The notes under the pieces were generated by a model that was not told the origin of the DNA, did no database searches, and was given only the letters and a program-made list of their open reading frames with translations. Made by a program: the position numbers and the translations under genes. From NCBI RefSeq assembly GCF_001457595.1, contig NZ_LN831039.1, forward strand, positions 3,150,001 to 3,182,000: DNA of 32,000 nucleotides, in the 5' to 3' direction. The DNA is from Mycolicibacterium smegmatis (lineage in GTDB: Bacteria; Actinomycetota; Actinomycetes; Mycobacteriales; Mycobacteriaceae). Below, in pieces: positions 1-8,540 of the stretch. Position 1 is the stretch's first letter, and the number at the start of each line of letters is the position of its first letter.

Positions 1-1
1 G

Positions 2-1006
2 GAGATCGCGTTCGCCGAGATCGCCCGACTCACCGCTACCGACGCCCCACAGCCGTGGGTCCTCGACCGCGCGCTGCGCCATCTGCTGACCGACATCACC
101 GGCAACACCCACCGCGCGGAGTTCTGCATCGACAAGCTCTACAGTCCCGACGGCGCCCGCGGCCGCCTCGGCCTGCTGGAGCTGCGCGGCTTCGAGATGC
201 CGCCGCACCACCAGATGGCGATGGTGCAGGCGCTGCTCGTCCGGTCGCTGGTGGCGTGGTTCTGGGACGAACCGCTGCGCGCCCCGCTGATCCGGCACGG
301 GGCCAACCTGCACGGCCGATACCTGCTGCCGCACTTTCTGATTCGCGACATCGCCGACGTCGCGGCGGACCTGCGTGCGCACGGCATCGACTTCTTGACC
401 AGCTGGCTCGACCCCTTCACCGAGTTTCGTTTCCCGCGGATCGGGACCGCGGTGTTCGACGGTGTCGAACTCGAACTGCGCGGCGCGATCGAACCGTGGA
501 ACGTGCTGGGGGAGGAGTCGACGGCCGGCGGCACCGCGCGTTACGTCGACTCGTCGGTCGAGCGCATCCAGGTGCGCCTCGTGGGCGCCGATCGGGACCG
601 CTACGTCGTGACGGCCAACGGCCATCCGATCCCGCTGCTTGCCACCGAGAAATCCGACGTGCAGGTGGGTGGCGTGCGGTACCGCGCGTGGCAGCCGCCC
701 AGCGCTCTGCACCCGTCGATCACCGTCGACGGCCCGCTGCGGTTCGAGCTGATCGACACGGCAACCGGCACGTCAAAGGGCGGCTGCACGTACCACATCG
801 TGCATCCGGGCGGCCGGTCCTACGACACCTCGCCGGTCAACGCGGTCGAGGCGGAATCGCGGCGCGGCCGCCGCTTCGAGGTCATCGGTTTCACGCCAGG
901 AAAAGTGGACATGTCCGTCATTCGGGAGCGGCAGGCGCGCCAGTCCACCGATGTGGGTGCACCGGGGATTCTCGATCTGCGCCGGGTGCGTACCGTTCTT
1001 CGTTGA
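2..1006 (+). CDS. C-terminal part of a DUF2126 transglutaminase-family protein (5' end outside window)
   Basis: Open frame from nt 2: EIAFAEIARLTATDAPQPWVLDRALRHLLTDITGNTHRAEFCIDKLYSPDGARGRLGLLELRGFEMPPHHQMAMVQALLVRSLVAWFW...; ends TGA 1004-1006 overlapping the next ATG. Resembles the DUF2126 region of COG4196 proteins from memory. Confidence 0.85.
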   Translation, partial: EIAFAEIARLTATDAPQPWVLDRALRHLLTDITGNTHRAEFCIDKLYSPDGARGRLGLLELRGFEMPPHHQMAMVQALLVRSLVAWFWDEPLRAPLIRHGANLHGRYLLPHFLIRDIADVAADLRAHGIDFLTSWLDPFTEFRFPRIGTAVFDGVELELRGAIEPWNVLGEESTAGGTARYVDSSVERIQVRLVGADRDRYVVTANGHPIPLLATEKSDVQVGGVRYRAWQPPSALHPSITVDGPLRFELIDTATGTSKGGCTYHIVHPGGRSYDTSPVNAVEAESRRGRRFEVIGFTPGKVDMSVIRERQARQSTDVGAPGILDLRRVRTVLR

Positions 1007-3720
1007 TGGTTCTACGCGCGAACGGCTCCCAGCCCACCTCGACCGCCGGCGCCGCCGGCGATCTCGGTGCGGGCTCCGACGTCTCAGGCGCCCCCGGTAT
1101 CCGGGATGTCGACGGAGTGCTCGAGAAGTACCGCCGCACCCGCCTGCAGCGGGCGCTGTTCGACGTGCGGGGTTCACAGGCCGGCACGGCCTACGACGAG
1201 TTCGTCGACACGGCGGGCGAGGTCCGCCCCGCATGGCGTGAGCTGGCCGAGTGTGTCTCCGAGCGCGGACGTTCCGGCCTCGACCGCCTGCGCGAACAGG
1301 TCAACGCCCTGGTCGACGCCGACGGCATCACCTACATCCAGGTCGACCGCCACGGTGAGATCGTCATCGACCGCGAGGGCGCCGCGATGCCGGGACCTTG
1401 GCATCTCGACGCGCTGCCGATGGTGATCTCCGCCGAAGAATGGGACGTGCTGGAGGCCGGCCTGGTGCAGCGTTCACGTCTGCTCGACGCAGTGCTGGCC
1501 GATCTGTACGGCGAGCGCCGCTCGATCACCAGTGGCGTGCTCCCGGCGCAGTTGCTGTTCTCCCATCCCGGCTATCTGCGGGCCGCCCACGGCATCACGG
1601 TGCCGGGTCGTCACCAATTGTTCCTGCACGGGTGTGACATCAGCCGCGGCGACGACGGCGCGTTCGTGGTCAACGCCGACTGGACCCAGGCCCCTTCCGG
1701 CGCCGGTTACGCACTGGCCGACCGGCGCGTCATCGCCCATGCGGTCTCGGAACTGTACGAGCGCATCGCGCCGCGGCCGGTGTCGCCATGGGCGCAGGCC
1801 CTACGCCTGGCCCTGATCGACGTCGCACCCGAATCCGCCGAGGAACCGGTGGTCGTGGTGCTGAGCCCCGGCATCCACTCGGAGACCGCGTTCGACCAGG
1901 CCTATCTGGCGGGCGTGCTCGGCTTCCCGCTGGTGGAGAGCGCCGATCTGGTGGTCCGCGACGGCAAGCTGTGGATGCGGTCGCTGGGCACCCTCAAACG
2001 TGTCGATGTGGTCCTGCGCCGCGTCGACGCGGACTACGTGGACCCACTCGACCTGCGCCCCGATTCCCGGCTGGGCGTCGTCGGGCTGGTCGAGGTGCTG
2101 CGCCGCGGTGCGGTGACGGTGGTCAACTCCCTGGGCAGCGGCGTCCTGGAAAGCCCCGGCGTGACGCGGTTCCTGCCGCAGCTGGCACAACTGCTGCTCG
2201 ACGAGACACCGCAGCTGGACACCGCGCCGCTGTACTGGGGCGGTATCGACATCGAACGCTCGCACCTGCTCACCAGGCTCGACTCGCTGCTCATCCGCCC
2301 CGTGTGCGGCGGCAAACCGATCGTGGGGCCCGAACTGTCCACCGCGCAACGCGAGGAACTGGCGGCGCGCATCGAGGCGACGCCGTGGCAGTGGGTCGGC
2401 CAGGAACTGCCGCAGTACTCCACGGCCCCGGTCGACTTCCGCAGCTCCGGACTGTCCTCGGCCGGTGTCGGTATGCGATTGTTCACCGTCGCGCAGCGCA
2501 GCGGCTATGCGCCCATGGTCGGCGGACTCGGGTATCTGATGGCGCCGGGCAACGCGGCGTTTCGCACCAACACCGTGGCCGCCAAGGACATCTGGGTACG
2601 CACACCCGATCGGGTGACGGCCGAACGCATCCAGGCCCCGGTCGAGCTGGCGACGCCGGAGACCCGGCCGAGCCCGACACGCGTGGTGAGTTCACCACGC
2701 GTGCTGGCGGACCTGTTCTGGTTGGGCCGCTACGCCGAACGTGCCGAGAGCACCGCACGGTTGCTCAACGTGACCCGCGAGCGCTACCACGAATACCGCT
2801 ACCGGCAGGCATTCGAGGAAAGCCGTTGCGTGCCGGTGCTTCTCGGTGCTCTCGGGTCCATCACGGGCACCGACACCGGAGCGCGCGACGACGATCACGA
2901 GGCCATCGCGACCGCACCCACCACGCTGTGGTCGGTGACCGCCGACCGGTACCGGCCCGGGTCGCTGGCGCAGTCGGTGGAGCGCCTCGGCCTGGCCGCC
3001 CGCGCCGTGCGCGACCAGATGTCCAATGACACCTGGATGGTCCTGGCCGGGGTCGAACGTGCCGTGCTGCGCACCAGTTCCGTTCCGCCCGACTCGCATT
3101 CGGCCGGTGAGACGTATCTTGCGAACGCGCACAGCCAGACGCTGGCGGGCATGCTCGCGCTCAGCGGTGTGGTCTCCGAATCGATGGTGCAGGACATCGG
3201 CTGGACGATGATGGACATCGGCAAACGCATCGAACGCGGGCTGCACCTCACCGCGCTGCTGCGCGCGACGCTGGCGCAGGTGCACAGCCCAGCAGCCGAA
3301 CACGCCGTCGCCGAGTCGACGCTGGTGGCGTGTGAATCCTCGGTGATCTACCGGCGTCGCAACCCGGGCCGGATCAGCGTGGCCGCCATCGCCGAACTGG
3401 TGCTGTTCGACGCCGAGAACCCCAGATCGCTGATCTACCAATTGGAGCGGCTGCGCACCAGGCTCAAGACACTGCCCGGTTCTTCGGGATCATCGCGCTC
3501 CGAGCGGCTGGTCGACGAGATCGCCACGCGGCTGCGGCGTCTGGACCCCGACGACCTGGAGACCGTGACCGACGGCATGCGCGTGGAACTCGCGGACCTG
3601 CTCGACGCCATCCACATCGGGCTGCGCGACCTGGCGACGGTCATCACGGCCGCGCATCTGTCGGTGCCCGGCGGTATGCAGCCCCTGTGGGGTCCCGACG
3701 AGCGGAGGATCCTGCCGTGA
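1006..3720 (+). CDS. Circularly permuted ATP-grasp protein fused to a C-terminal alpha-E (DUF403) domain
   Basis: MVLRANGSQP...; ATP-grasp part with GVTRFLPQLAQLLLDETPQLDTAPLYWGG and VRPVCGGKPIVGPELS; alpha-E part starts near STPRVLADLFWLGRYAERAESTARLLNVTRERYHEYR. The ORF-track start at 55 is upstream read-through; ATG 1006 overlaps the preceding TGA. Confidence 0.87.
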   Translation: MVLRANGSQPTSTAGAAGDLGAGSDVSGAPGIRDVDGVLEKYRRTRLQRALFDVRGSQAGTAYDEFVDTAGEVRPAWRELAECVSERGRSGLDRLREQVNALVDADGITYIQVDRHGEIVIDREGAAMPGPWHLDALPMVISAEEWDVLEAGLVQRSRLLDAVLADLYGERRSITSGVLPAQLLFSHPGYLRAAHGITVPGRHQLFLHGCDISRGDDGAFVVNADWTQAPSGAGYALADRRVIAHAVSELYERIAPRPVSPWAQALRLALIDVAPESAEEPVVVVLSPGIHSETAFDQAYLAGVLGFPLVESADLVVRDGKLWMRSLGTLKRVDVVLRRVDADYVDPLDLRPDSRLGVVGLVEVLRRGAVTVVNSLGSGVLESPGVTRFLPQLAQLLLDETPQLDTAPLYWGGIDIERSHLLTRLDSLLIRPVCGGKPIVGPELSTAQREELAARIEATPWQWVGQELPQYSTAPVDFRSSGLSSAGVGMRLFTVAQRSGYAPMVGGLGYLMAPGNAAFRTNTVAAKDIWVRTPDRVTAERIQAPVELATPETRPSPTRVVSSPRVLADLFWLGRYAERAESTARLLNVTRERYHEYRYRQAFEESRCVPVLLGALGSITGTDTGARDDDHEAIATAPTTLWSVTADRYRPGSLAQSVERLGLAARAVRDQMSNDTWMVLAGVERAVLRTSSVPPDSHSAGETYLANAHSQTLAGMLALSGVVSESMVQDIGWTMMDIGKRIERGLHLTALLRATLAQVHSPAAEHAVAESTLVACESSVIYRRRNPGRISVAAIAELVLFDAENPRSLIYQLERLRTRLKTLPGSSGSSRSERLVDEIATRLRRLDPDDLETVTDGMRVELADLLDAIHIGLRDLATVITAAHLSVPGGMQPLWGPDERRILP

Positions 3721-4637
3721 CAGACGTTTTCGGCGGCGGTGCGACGCGCCGCTACGAGATCACGCACCGGACCGTGTACCGCTACTCCGATGTCGTCACC
3801 AGCTCCTACGGGCGCGGGTTCCTCACGCCACGCGAACTCGACCGGCAGCGCTGCCTGTCACACGAACTGCTGATCGAACCGGAGGCCGCCGACAGTTCGA
3901 CGAGCCGCGACGCGTACGGCAACACCAGTTCGTACTTCCACGTGACCACGCCGCACCGAATGTTGTGCATCACGAGTCATTCGGTGGTCGAGGTGGATCC
4001 GCCCGCACCCGACCACTACACGTGCCGCTCGGCGAAGGCGCCGTGGGAACTCGCGCGCCCGGTCGGTGGTGAGGCCGCCCTGGCCGCGGAGTTCACGCTC
4101 GACCTGCAGCCGCCGGAGATCACCGACGCGGTCCGCGAGTACGCGGCCCCCAGCTTCGAGCCGGGCCGCCCGCTCATGGAGGTGTTGCGGGATCTCACGT
4201 CCCGCATCTACACCGACTTCACCTACCGGTCCGGTTCGACGACGATTTCCACCCAGGTCGCCGAGGTGCTCGCGGCGCGCGAGGGGGTCTGTCAGGATTT
4301 CGCGCGCCTGGCGATTGCGTGCCTGCGCGCCAACGGACTTGCCGCGAGTTACGTGTCGGGGTACCTGGCCACGGATCCGCCGCCGGGGCGCGAGCGCATG
4401 GTCGGTGTCGACGCCACCCACGCCTGGGCGTCGGTGTGGACACCCCAGAACATCTGGCTCGGTCTGGACCCCACCAACGACCAGATGGTCGACGAGCGGT
4501 ACATCGTCGCGGGCTTCGGCCGCGACTACGCCGACGTGCCACCGTTGCGGGGCATCATCTACACCGACTCGGAGAGTAGTGTCATCGAGGTATCAGTCGA
4601 CGTGGCACCGTACGAGGGGGATTTGCTGCATGCGTGA
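3717..4637 (+). CDS. Transglutaminase-like cysteine protease-fold protein (bacterial transglutaminase N-terminal region plus core)
   Basis: GTG 3717 overlaps the previous TGA. VTDVFGGGATRRYEITHRTVYRYSDVVTSSYGRGFLTPR..; core motif GVCQDFARLAIACLRANGLAASYVSGYL, DATHAWASVWTP, GLDPTND. Confidence 0.9.
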   Translation: MTDVFGGGATRRYEITHRTVYRYSDVVTSSYGRGFLTPRELDRQRCLSHELLIEPEAADSSTSRDAYGNTSSYFHVTTPHRMLCITSHSVVEVDPPAPDHYTCRSAKAPWELARPVGGEAALAAEFTLDLQPPEITDAVREYAAPSFEPGRPLMEVLRDLTSRIYTDFTYRSGSTTISTQVAEVLAAREGVCQDFARLAIACLRANGLAASYVSGYLATDPPPGRERMVGVDATHAWASVWTPQNIWLGLDPTNDQMVDERYIVAGFGRDYADVPPLRGIIYTDSESSVIEVSVDVAPYEGDLLHA

Positions 4638-5658
4638 CTTCACGTGCCCGAACTGCGGTCAGAGGCTGGCGTTCGAGAACTCGCTGTGCCTGTCGTGCGG
4701 CAGTGCGCTGGGGTTCTCGCTGTGCGACATGGCGCTGCTGGTGATCACCGAGAAGGACCAGAGTGACCACGCGGGCGCGGTCGACGAACAGAAGTACAAA
4801 CTGTGCGCCAACCTTTATGCCGCCGAATGCAACTGGCTGGTCCGCGTCGGCGAGGGCGACGAGTTGTGCGAATCCTGCGCGCTCACCCGCACCCGGCCGG
4901 CCGACAGCGACACCAAGGCCATGGCCGCGTTCGCGGGTGCCGAGCGCGCCAAGCGCCGCCTGATCGTCGAACTGCACGAGCTCAGACTGCCGATCGTGAG
5001 CCGTGCGGAGGATCCCGAGTACGGGCTCGCGTTCGACCTGCTCTCGAGCGAGTTCGACAAGGTGTTCACCGGTCACGAGAACGGTGTCATCACACTGGAT
5101 CTCGCCGAGGGTGACGACGTGCACCGCGAACAGTTGCGCATCGCGATGGACGAGCCCTACCGCACGCTGCTGGGCCACTTCCGCCACGAGATCGGGCACT
5201 ACTACTTCTACCGCCTGGTGGCGCCGTCGGCCGAGTTCACTGCGAAGTTCAACGAACTGTTCGGTGATCCCGACGCCGACTACCAGGCCGCCCTGGACCG
5301 CCACTATCAGGACGGGCCACCTGCGGGCTGGGAGGACGACTTCGTGTCGTCGTACGCCACCATGCACGCCGCCGAGGACTGGGCCGAGACCTTCGCGCAC
5401 TACCTGCACATCCGCGACACACTCGACACCGCCGCGGCATTCGGATTCGCCCCGGCCGGAGCAACTTTCGACCGCCGCGCCCTCGGCCCCAGCGCGTTCG
5501 ACACCATCATCGAGATGTGGCTGCCCCTGGCGTGGTCACTGAACATGGTCAACCGGTCGATGGGCCACGACGACCTGTACCCGTTCGTGCTGCCGCCCGC
5601 CGTGCTGGAGAAGATGCGGTTCGTGCACACCGTGATCGACGAGGTGACCTCGGCCTGA
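4630..5658 (+). CDS. Putative zinc-binding metallopeptidase (COG4307-like) with N-terminal zinc ribbon
   Basis: MRDFTCPNCGQRLAFENSLCLSCGSALGF zinc-ribbon cysteines; HEIGH (HExxH) in LLGHFRHEIGHYYFYRLVAPS; overlaps the 3' end of the transglutaminase gene by 8 nt. Confidence 0.87.
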   Translation: MRDFTCPNCGQRLAFENSLCLSCGSALGFSLCDMALLVITEKDQSDHAGAVDEQKYKLCANLYAAECNWLVRVGEGDELCESCALTRTRPADSDTKAMAAFAGAERAKRRLIVELHELRLPIVSRAEDPEYGLAFDLLSSEFDKVFTGHENGVITLDLAEGDDVHREQLRIAMDEPYRTLLGHFRHEIGHYYFYRLVAPSAEFTAKFNELFGDPDADYQAALDRHYQDGPPAGWEDDFVSSYATMHAAEDWAETFAHYLHIRDTLDTAAAFGFAPAGATFDRRALGPSAFDTIIEMWLPLAWSLNMVNRSMGHDDLYPFVLPPAVLEKMRFVHTVIDEVTSA

Positions 5659-5677
5659 CGGGTTCGCCCGCTCTCCC

Positions 5678-5732
5678 GAGCGTCGGCTTGTGTGCGAACT
5701 TTTCGGGATATCTCGCACACAAGCCGACGCTC
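5678..5732. repeat. Perfect 20-bp inverted repeat, GAGCGTCGGCTTGTGTGCGA / TCGCACACAAGCCGACGCTC, 15-nt loop
   Basis: Arms 5678-5697 and 5713-5732 are exact reverse complements; lies 19 nt after the metallopeptidase stop. Confidence 0.95.
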
Positions 5733-5825
5733 GATGTGAGCTGCCGCGCGTGTGTGAACTAACAACACGGTCACGGTGTCGTGACGGCGGCATGTCGCAC
5801 CCATGTCGCGCACAGAAGGCGTTCC

Positions 5826-5831
5826 TAGGAT
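5826..5831 (+). promoter_or_regulatory. Candidate -10 hexamer TAGGAT for leaderless transcription of the DUF3097 gene
   Basis: TANNNT match ending 7 nt before GTG 5839. Confidence 0.4.
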
Positions 5832-5838
5832 CGCCCGT

Positions 5839-6672
5839 GTGACAGATCGCTACGGTTCTGACGTCCTGGCCCGAAACCCGCACGCCCCGAAACGTGCCCG
5901 GTCCACCGAACACCCCGTCGAGATGGGCCTGGTCGTCGAGGACGCCCAGACCGGCTGGGTGGGCGCGGTGGTCCGCGTCGAGGGCGGCCGGGTCGAGTTG
6001 GAGGACCGCCGCGGCAAAATCCGGGCGTTCCCGATGGGCCCGGGGTTTCTCATCGACGGCAAGCCTGTGATCCTCACCGCACCGAAACGCCAAGCGGCGC
6101 CTGCGCGCACGGCGTCGGGTTCGGTCGCGGTGCCCGGCGCCAAGGCCAGGGTCGCACGCGCCAGCCGGATCTACGTCGAGGGCAGGCACGACGCCGAACT
6201 GGTCGAGCAGGTGTGGGGCGCCGATCTGCGCATCGAGGGCGTGGTCGTCGAATACCTCGGCGGTGTCGACGACCTGGCCGACATCGTCGCGGAGTTCGCC
6301 CCGGAACCGGGCCGGCGCCTCGGCGTGCTCGTCGACCATCTGGTTGCGGGTTCGAAGGAGGCGCGGATCGCCGACGCCGTGCGCCGCGGGCCCGGTGGTG
6401 AACACACACTCGTGGTGGGGCACCCCTTCGTCGACATCTGGCAGGCCGTCAAACCGGCCCGCCTCGGCATGAAGACCTGGCCCCAGATCCCGCGCAACAT
6501 CGAGTGGAAGCACGGCATCTGCCAGGCACTCGGCTGGCCCCACCGCGACCAGGCCGACATCGCGCAGGCGTGGCAACGGATCCGGGGCCGCGTGCGTGAC
6601 TGGAACGATCTGGAGCCTGCACTGATCGGCCGCGTGGAGGAGCTCATCGACTTCGTCACCGAACCTGCCTAG
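5839..6672 (+). CDS. DUF3097 family protein of unknown function
   Basis: [74 protein letters not shown]...; resembles actinobacterial DUF3097 proteins. GTG 5839 chosen over the 5803 ATG because similarity starts here and a -10-like hexamer precedes it. Confidence 0.8.
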   Translation: MTDRYGSDVLARNPHAPKRARSTEHPVEMGLVVEDAQTGWVGAVVRVEGGRVELEDRRGKIRAFPMGPGFLIDGKPVILTAPKRQAAPARTASGSVAVPGAKARVARASRIYVEGRHDAELVEQVWGADLRIEGVVVEYLGGVDDLADIVAEFAPEPGRRLGVLVDHLVAGSKEARIADAVRRGPGGEHTLVVGHPFVDIWQAVKPARLGMKTWPQIPRNIEWKHGICQALGWPHRDQADIAQAWQRIRGRVRDWNDLEPALIGRVEELIDFVTEPA

Positions 6673-6710
6673 CCGCGGCTGCGCCGGCACCCGCGTGGTA
6701 TGCCTGGACT

Positions 6711-8054
6711 GTGTCCGACAGCTTGTTCGATGTTCCCGGCGGCGGCGCAGAGCCCGGGGACGCCATCGCGGCAACCGGTGCGGTGGGCCCCTCGTCGCCC
6801 CTGGCGGTGCGGATGCGCCCGGCCGGCCTCGACGAGGTGGTCGGGCAGTCGCATCTGCTGCAGGCGGGGTCGCCGCTTCGCAGGCTCGTGGAGGGCTCCG
6901 GCGCGGCGTCGGTGATCCTGTACGGCCCGCCGGGAACGGGAAAGACGACGCTGGCGTCGCTCATATCGCAGGCGACCGGCAGGCGCTTCGAGGCGCTCTC
7001 GGCGCTCACCGCGGGGGTCAAAGAGGTGCGCGCGGTCATCGACACCGCGCGCCGGGCAGCCGTGCACGGCCAGCAGACCGTGTTGTTCATCGACGAGGTG
7101 CACCGGTTCTCCAAGACCCAGCAGGACGCCCTGCTGGCGGCGGTCGAGAACCGCGTGGTGCTGCTCGTCGCGGCCACCACGGAGAACCCGTCGTTCTCGG
7201 TGGTGGCGCCGCTGCTGTCGCGATCGCTGATCCTGCAGCTGCAGCCGCTCACCCCGGCCGACATCGAGGCCGTGCTGCGCCGTGCGATCACCGATGAACG
7301 CGGCCTCGGCGGCCGGGTCGAGGTGACCGACGAGGCCGTCGACCTCATCGTGCAACTGTCCGCCGGCGACGCGCGACGCGCGCTCACAGCGCTCGAGGTC
7401 GCGGCCGAGCCGGGGGAGCGGGTCACGGTCGAGACCATCGAACAGTCGCTGGACAAGGCCGCGGTGCGCTACGACCGCGACGGCGATCAGCACTACGACG
7501 TCGTCAGTGCGTTCATCAAATCGGTGCGCGGATCCGATGTCGACGCCGCGCTGCACTACCTGGCACGCATGCTCGTCGCGGGCGAGGATCCGCGATTTGT
7601 GGCGCGCCGCTTGATGATCCTGGCCAGCGAGGACATCGGGATGGCCGATCCGACGGCGCTGCAGACCGCGGTGGCCGCCGCGCAGACCGTGCAGCTGATC
7701 GGGATGCCCGAGGCGCAGCTGACCCTGGCGCATGCCACCGTCCATCTGGCGACGGCACCGAAATCCAACGCCGTGACCACCGCACTGGGCGCTGCGATGA
7801 ACGACATCCGCGCCGGGAAGGCCGGTCTGGTCCCGCCACACCTGCGCGACGGGCACTACTCGGGGGCCGCCAAACTCGGCCACGCCGTCGGCTACCGGTA
7901 CTCCCACGATCACCCGGACGGCGTTGTGGCCCAGCAGTATCCGCCAGACGAACTGGTGGGTGTCGACTACTACCAGCCCACCGGCCGTGGGTACGAACGC
8001 GAGATCTCCACACGGCTGGAGAAGCTGCGCGCCATCATCCGCAGGCGACGCTGA
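6711..8054 (+). CDS. rarA: Replication-associated recombination protein A (RarA/MgsA AAA+ ATPase)
   Basis: Walker [15 protein letters not shown], Walker [54 protein letters not shown]. Confidence 0.93.
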   Translation: MSDSLFDVPGGGAEPGDAIAATGAVGPSSPLAVRMRPAGLDEVVGQSHLLQAGSPLRRLVEGSGAASVILYGPPGTGKTTLASLISQATGRRFEALSALTAGVKEVRAVIDTARRAAVHGQQTVLFIDEVHRFSKTQQDALLAAVENRVVLLVAATTENPSFSVVAPLLSRSLILQLQPLTPADIEAVLRRAITDERGLGGRVEVTDEAVDLIVQLSAGDARRALTALEVAAEPGERVTVETIEQSLDKAAVRYDRDGDQHYDVVSAFIKSVRGSDVDAALHYLARMLVAGEDPRFVARRLMILASEDIGMADPTALQTAVAAAQTVQLIGMPEAQLTLAHATVHLATAPKSNAVTTALGAAMNDIRAGKAGLVPPHLRDGHYSGAAKLGHAVGYRYSHDHPDGVVAQQYPPDELVGVDYYQPTGRGYEREISTRLEKLRAIIRRRR

Positions 8055-8092
8055 CGAAACACGCGGCCTGCGAACACATCTGCCGCACAGGA

Positions 8093-8126
8093 ACGGTCCC
8101 GGCCCGCCGAGGCGAGCCGGGACCGT
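8093..8126. terminator. Candidate GC-rich hairpin between convergent genes
   Basis: ACGGTCCCGGC (8093-8103) pairs with GCCGGGACCGT (8116-8126); inner CGCC/GGCG pairing continues the stem; no U-tract. Confidence 0.45.
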
Positions 8127-8148
8127 CTGGTGAGGGTTCAGGTGTGGG

Positions 8149-8454
8149 TCAGCGCATCAGGCCCGAGCGCCGGCGGCCCAGTACCCCGGTTCGGCGACCC
8201 ATGACGGCCGCGACGAGCGCGACGCCGATCGCGGCGACGACGACCTGGACCAGCAGCTCGAGCCAGTCGATGCCGCTGGTGGCGGTCGGGATCCCCATGG
8301 CGCGGGCGAGGGCGGTGCCGATGAACGCGGCGACGATGCCGACGAGAATTGTCACCAGGAAGCCGATGGGCTGTTTCCCTGGCACGATGAGGCGGCCGAT
8401 CACGCCGACGACGATGCCGATGAGAATGGCGCTGATGATGCCGGTGATGGTCAT
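8149..8454 (-). CDS. GlsB/YeaQ/YmgE-family (transglycosylase-associated) membrane protein
   Basis: MTITGIISAILIGIVVGVIGRLIVPGKQPIGFLVTILVGIVAAFIGTALA.., Gly-rich TM helices; strong GGAGG upstream of the ATG. Confidence 0.8.
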   Translation of the reverse strand: MTITGIISAILIGIVVGVIGRLIVPGKQPIGFLVTILVGIVAAFIGTALARAMGIPTATSGIDWLELLVQVVVAAIGVALVAAVMGRRTGVLGRRRSGLMR

Positions 8455-8540
8455 TTTTCCTCCATGGCTCGGTGGTGGAGGTGAGATACCCCGGCTGTCG
8501 GCGGCGTAAACGGCGGCTTGAATCCCGTCTTCGAACTGGC

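Noticed and set aside
55-1005. N-terminal 317 codons of the ORF-track entry 55..3720
   Set aside because: This stretch is the +1 shadow of the DUF2126 frame (2-1006). Its composition is Arg/Pro/Ala-rich, and the real start is ATG 1006 at a stop-start overlap.
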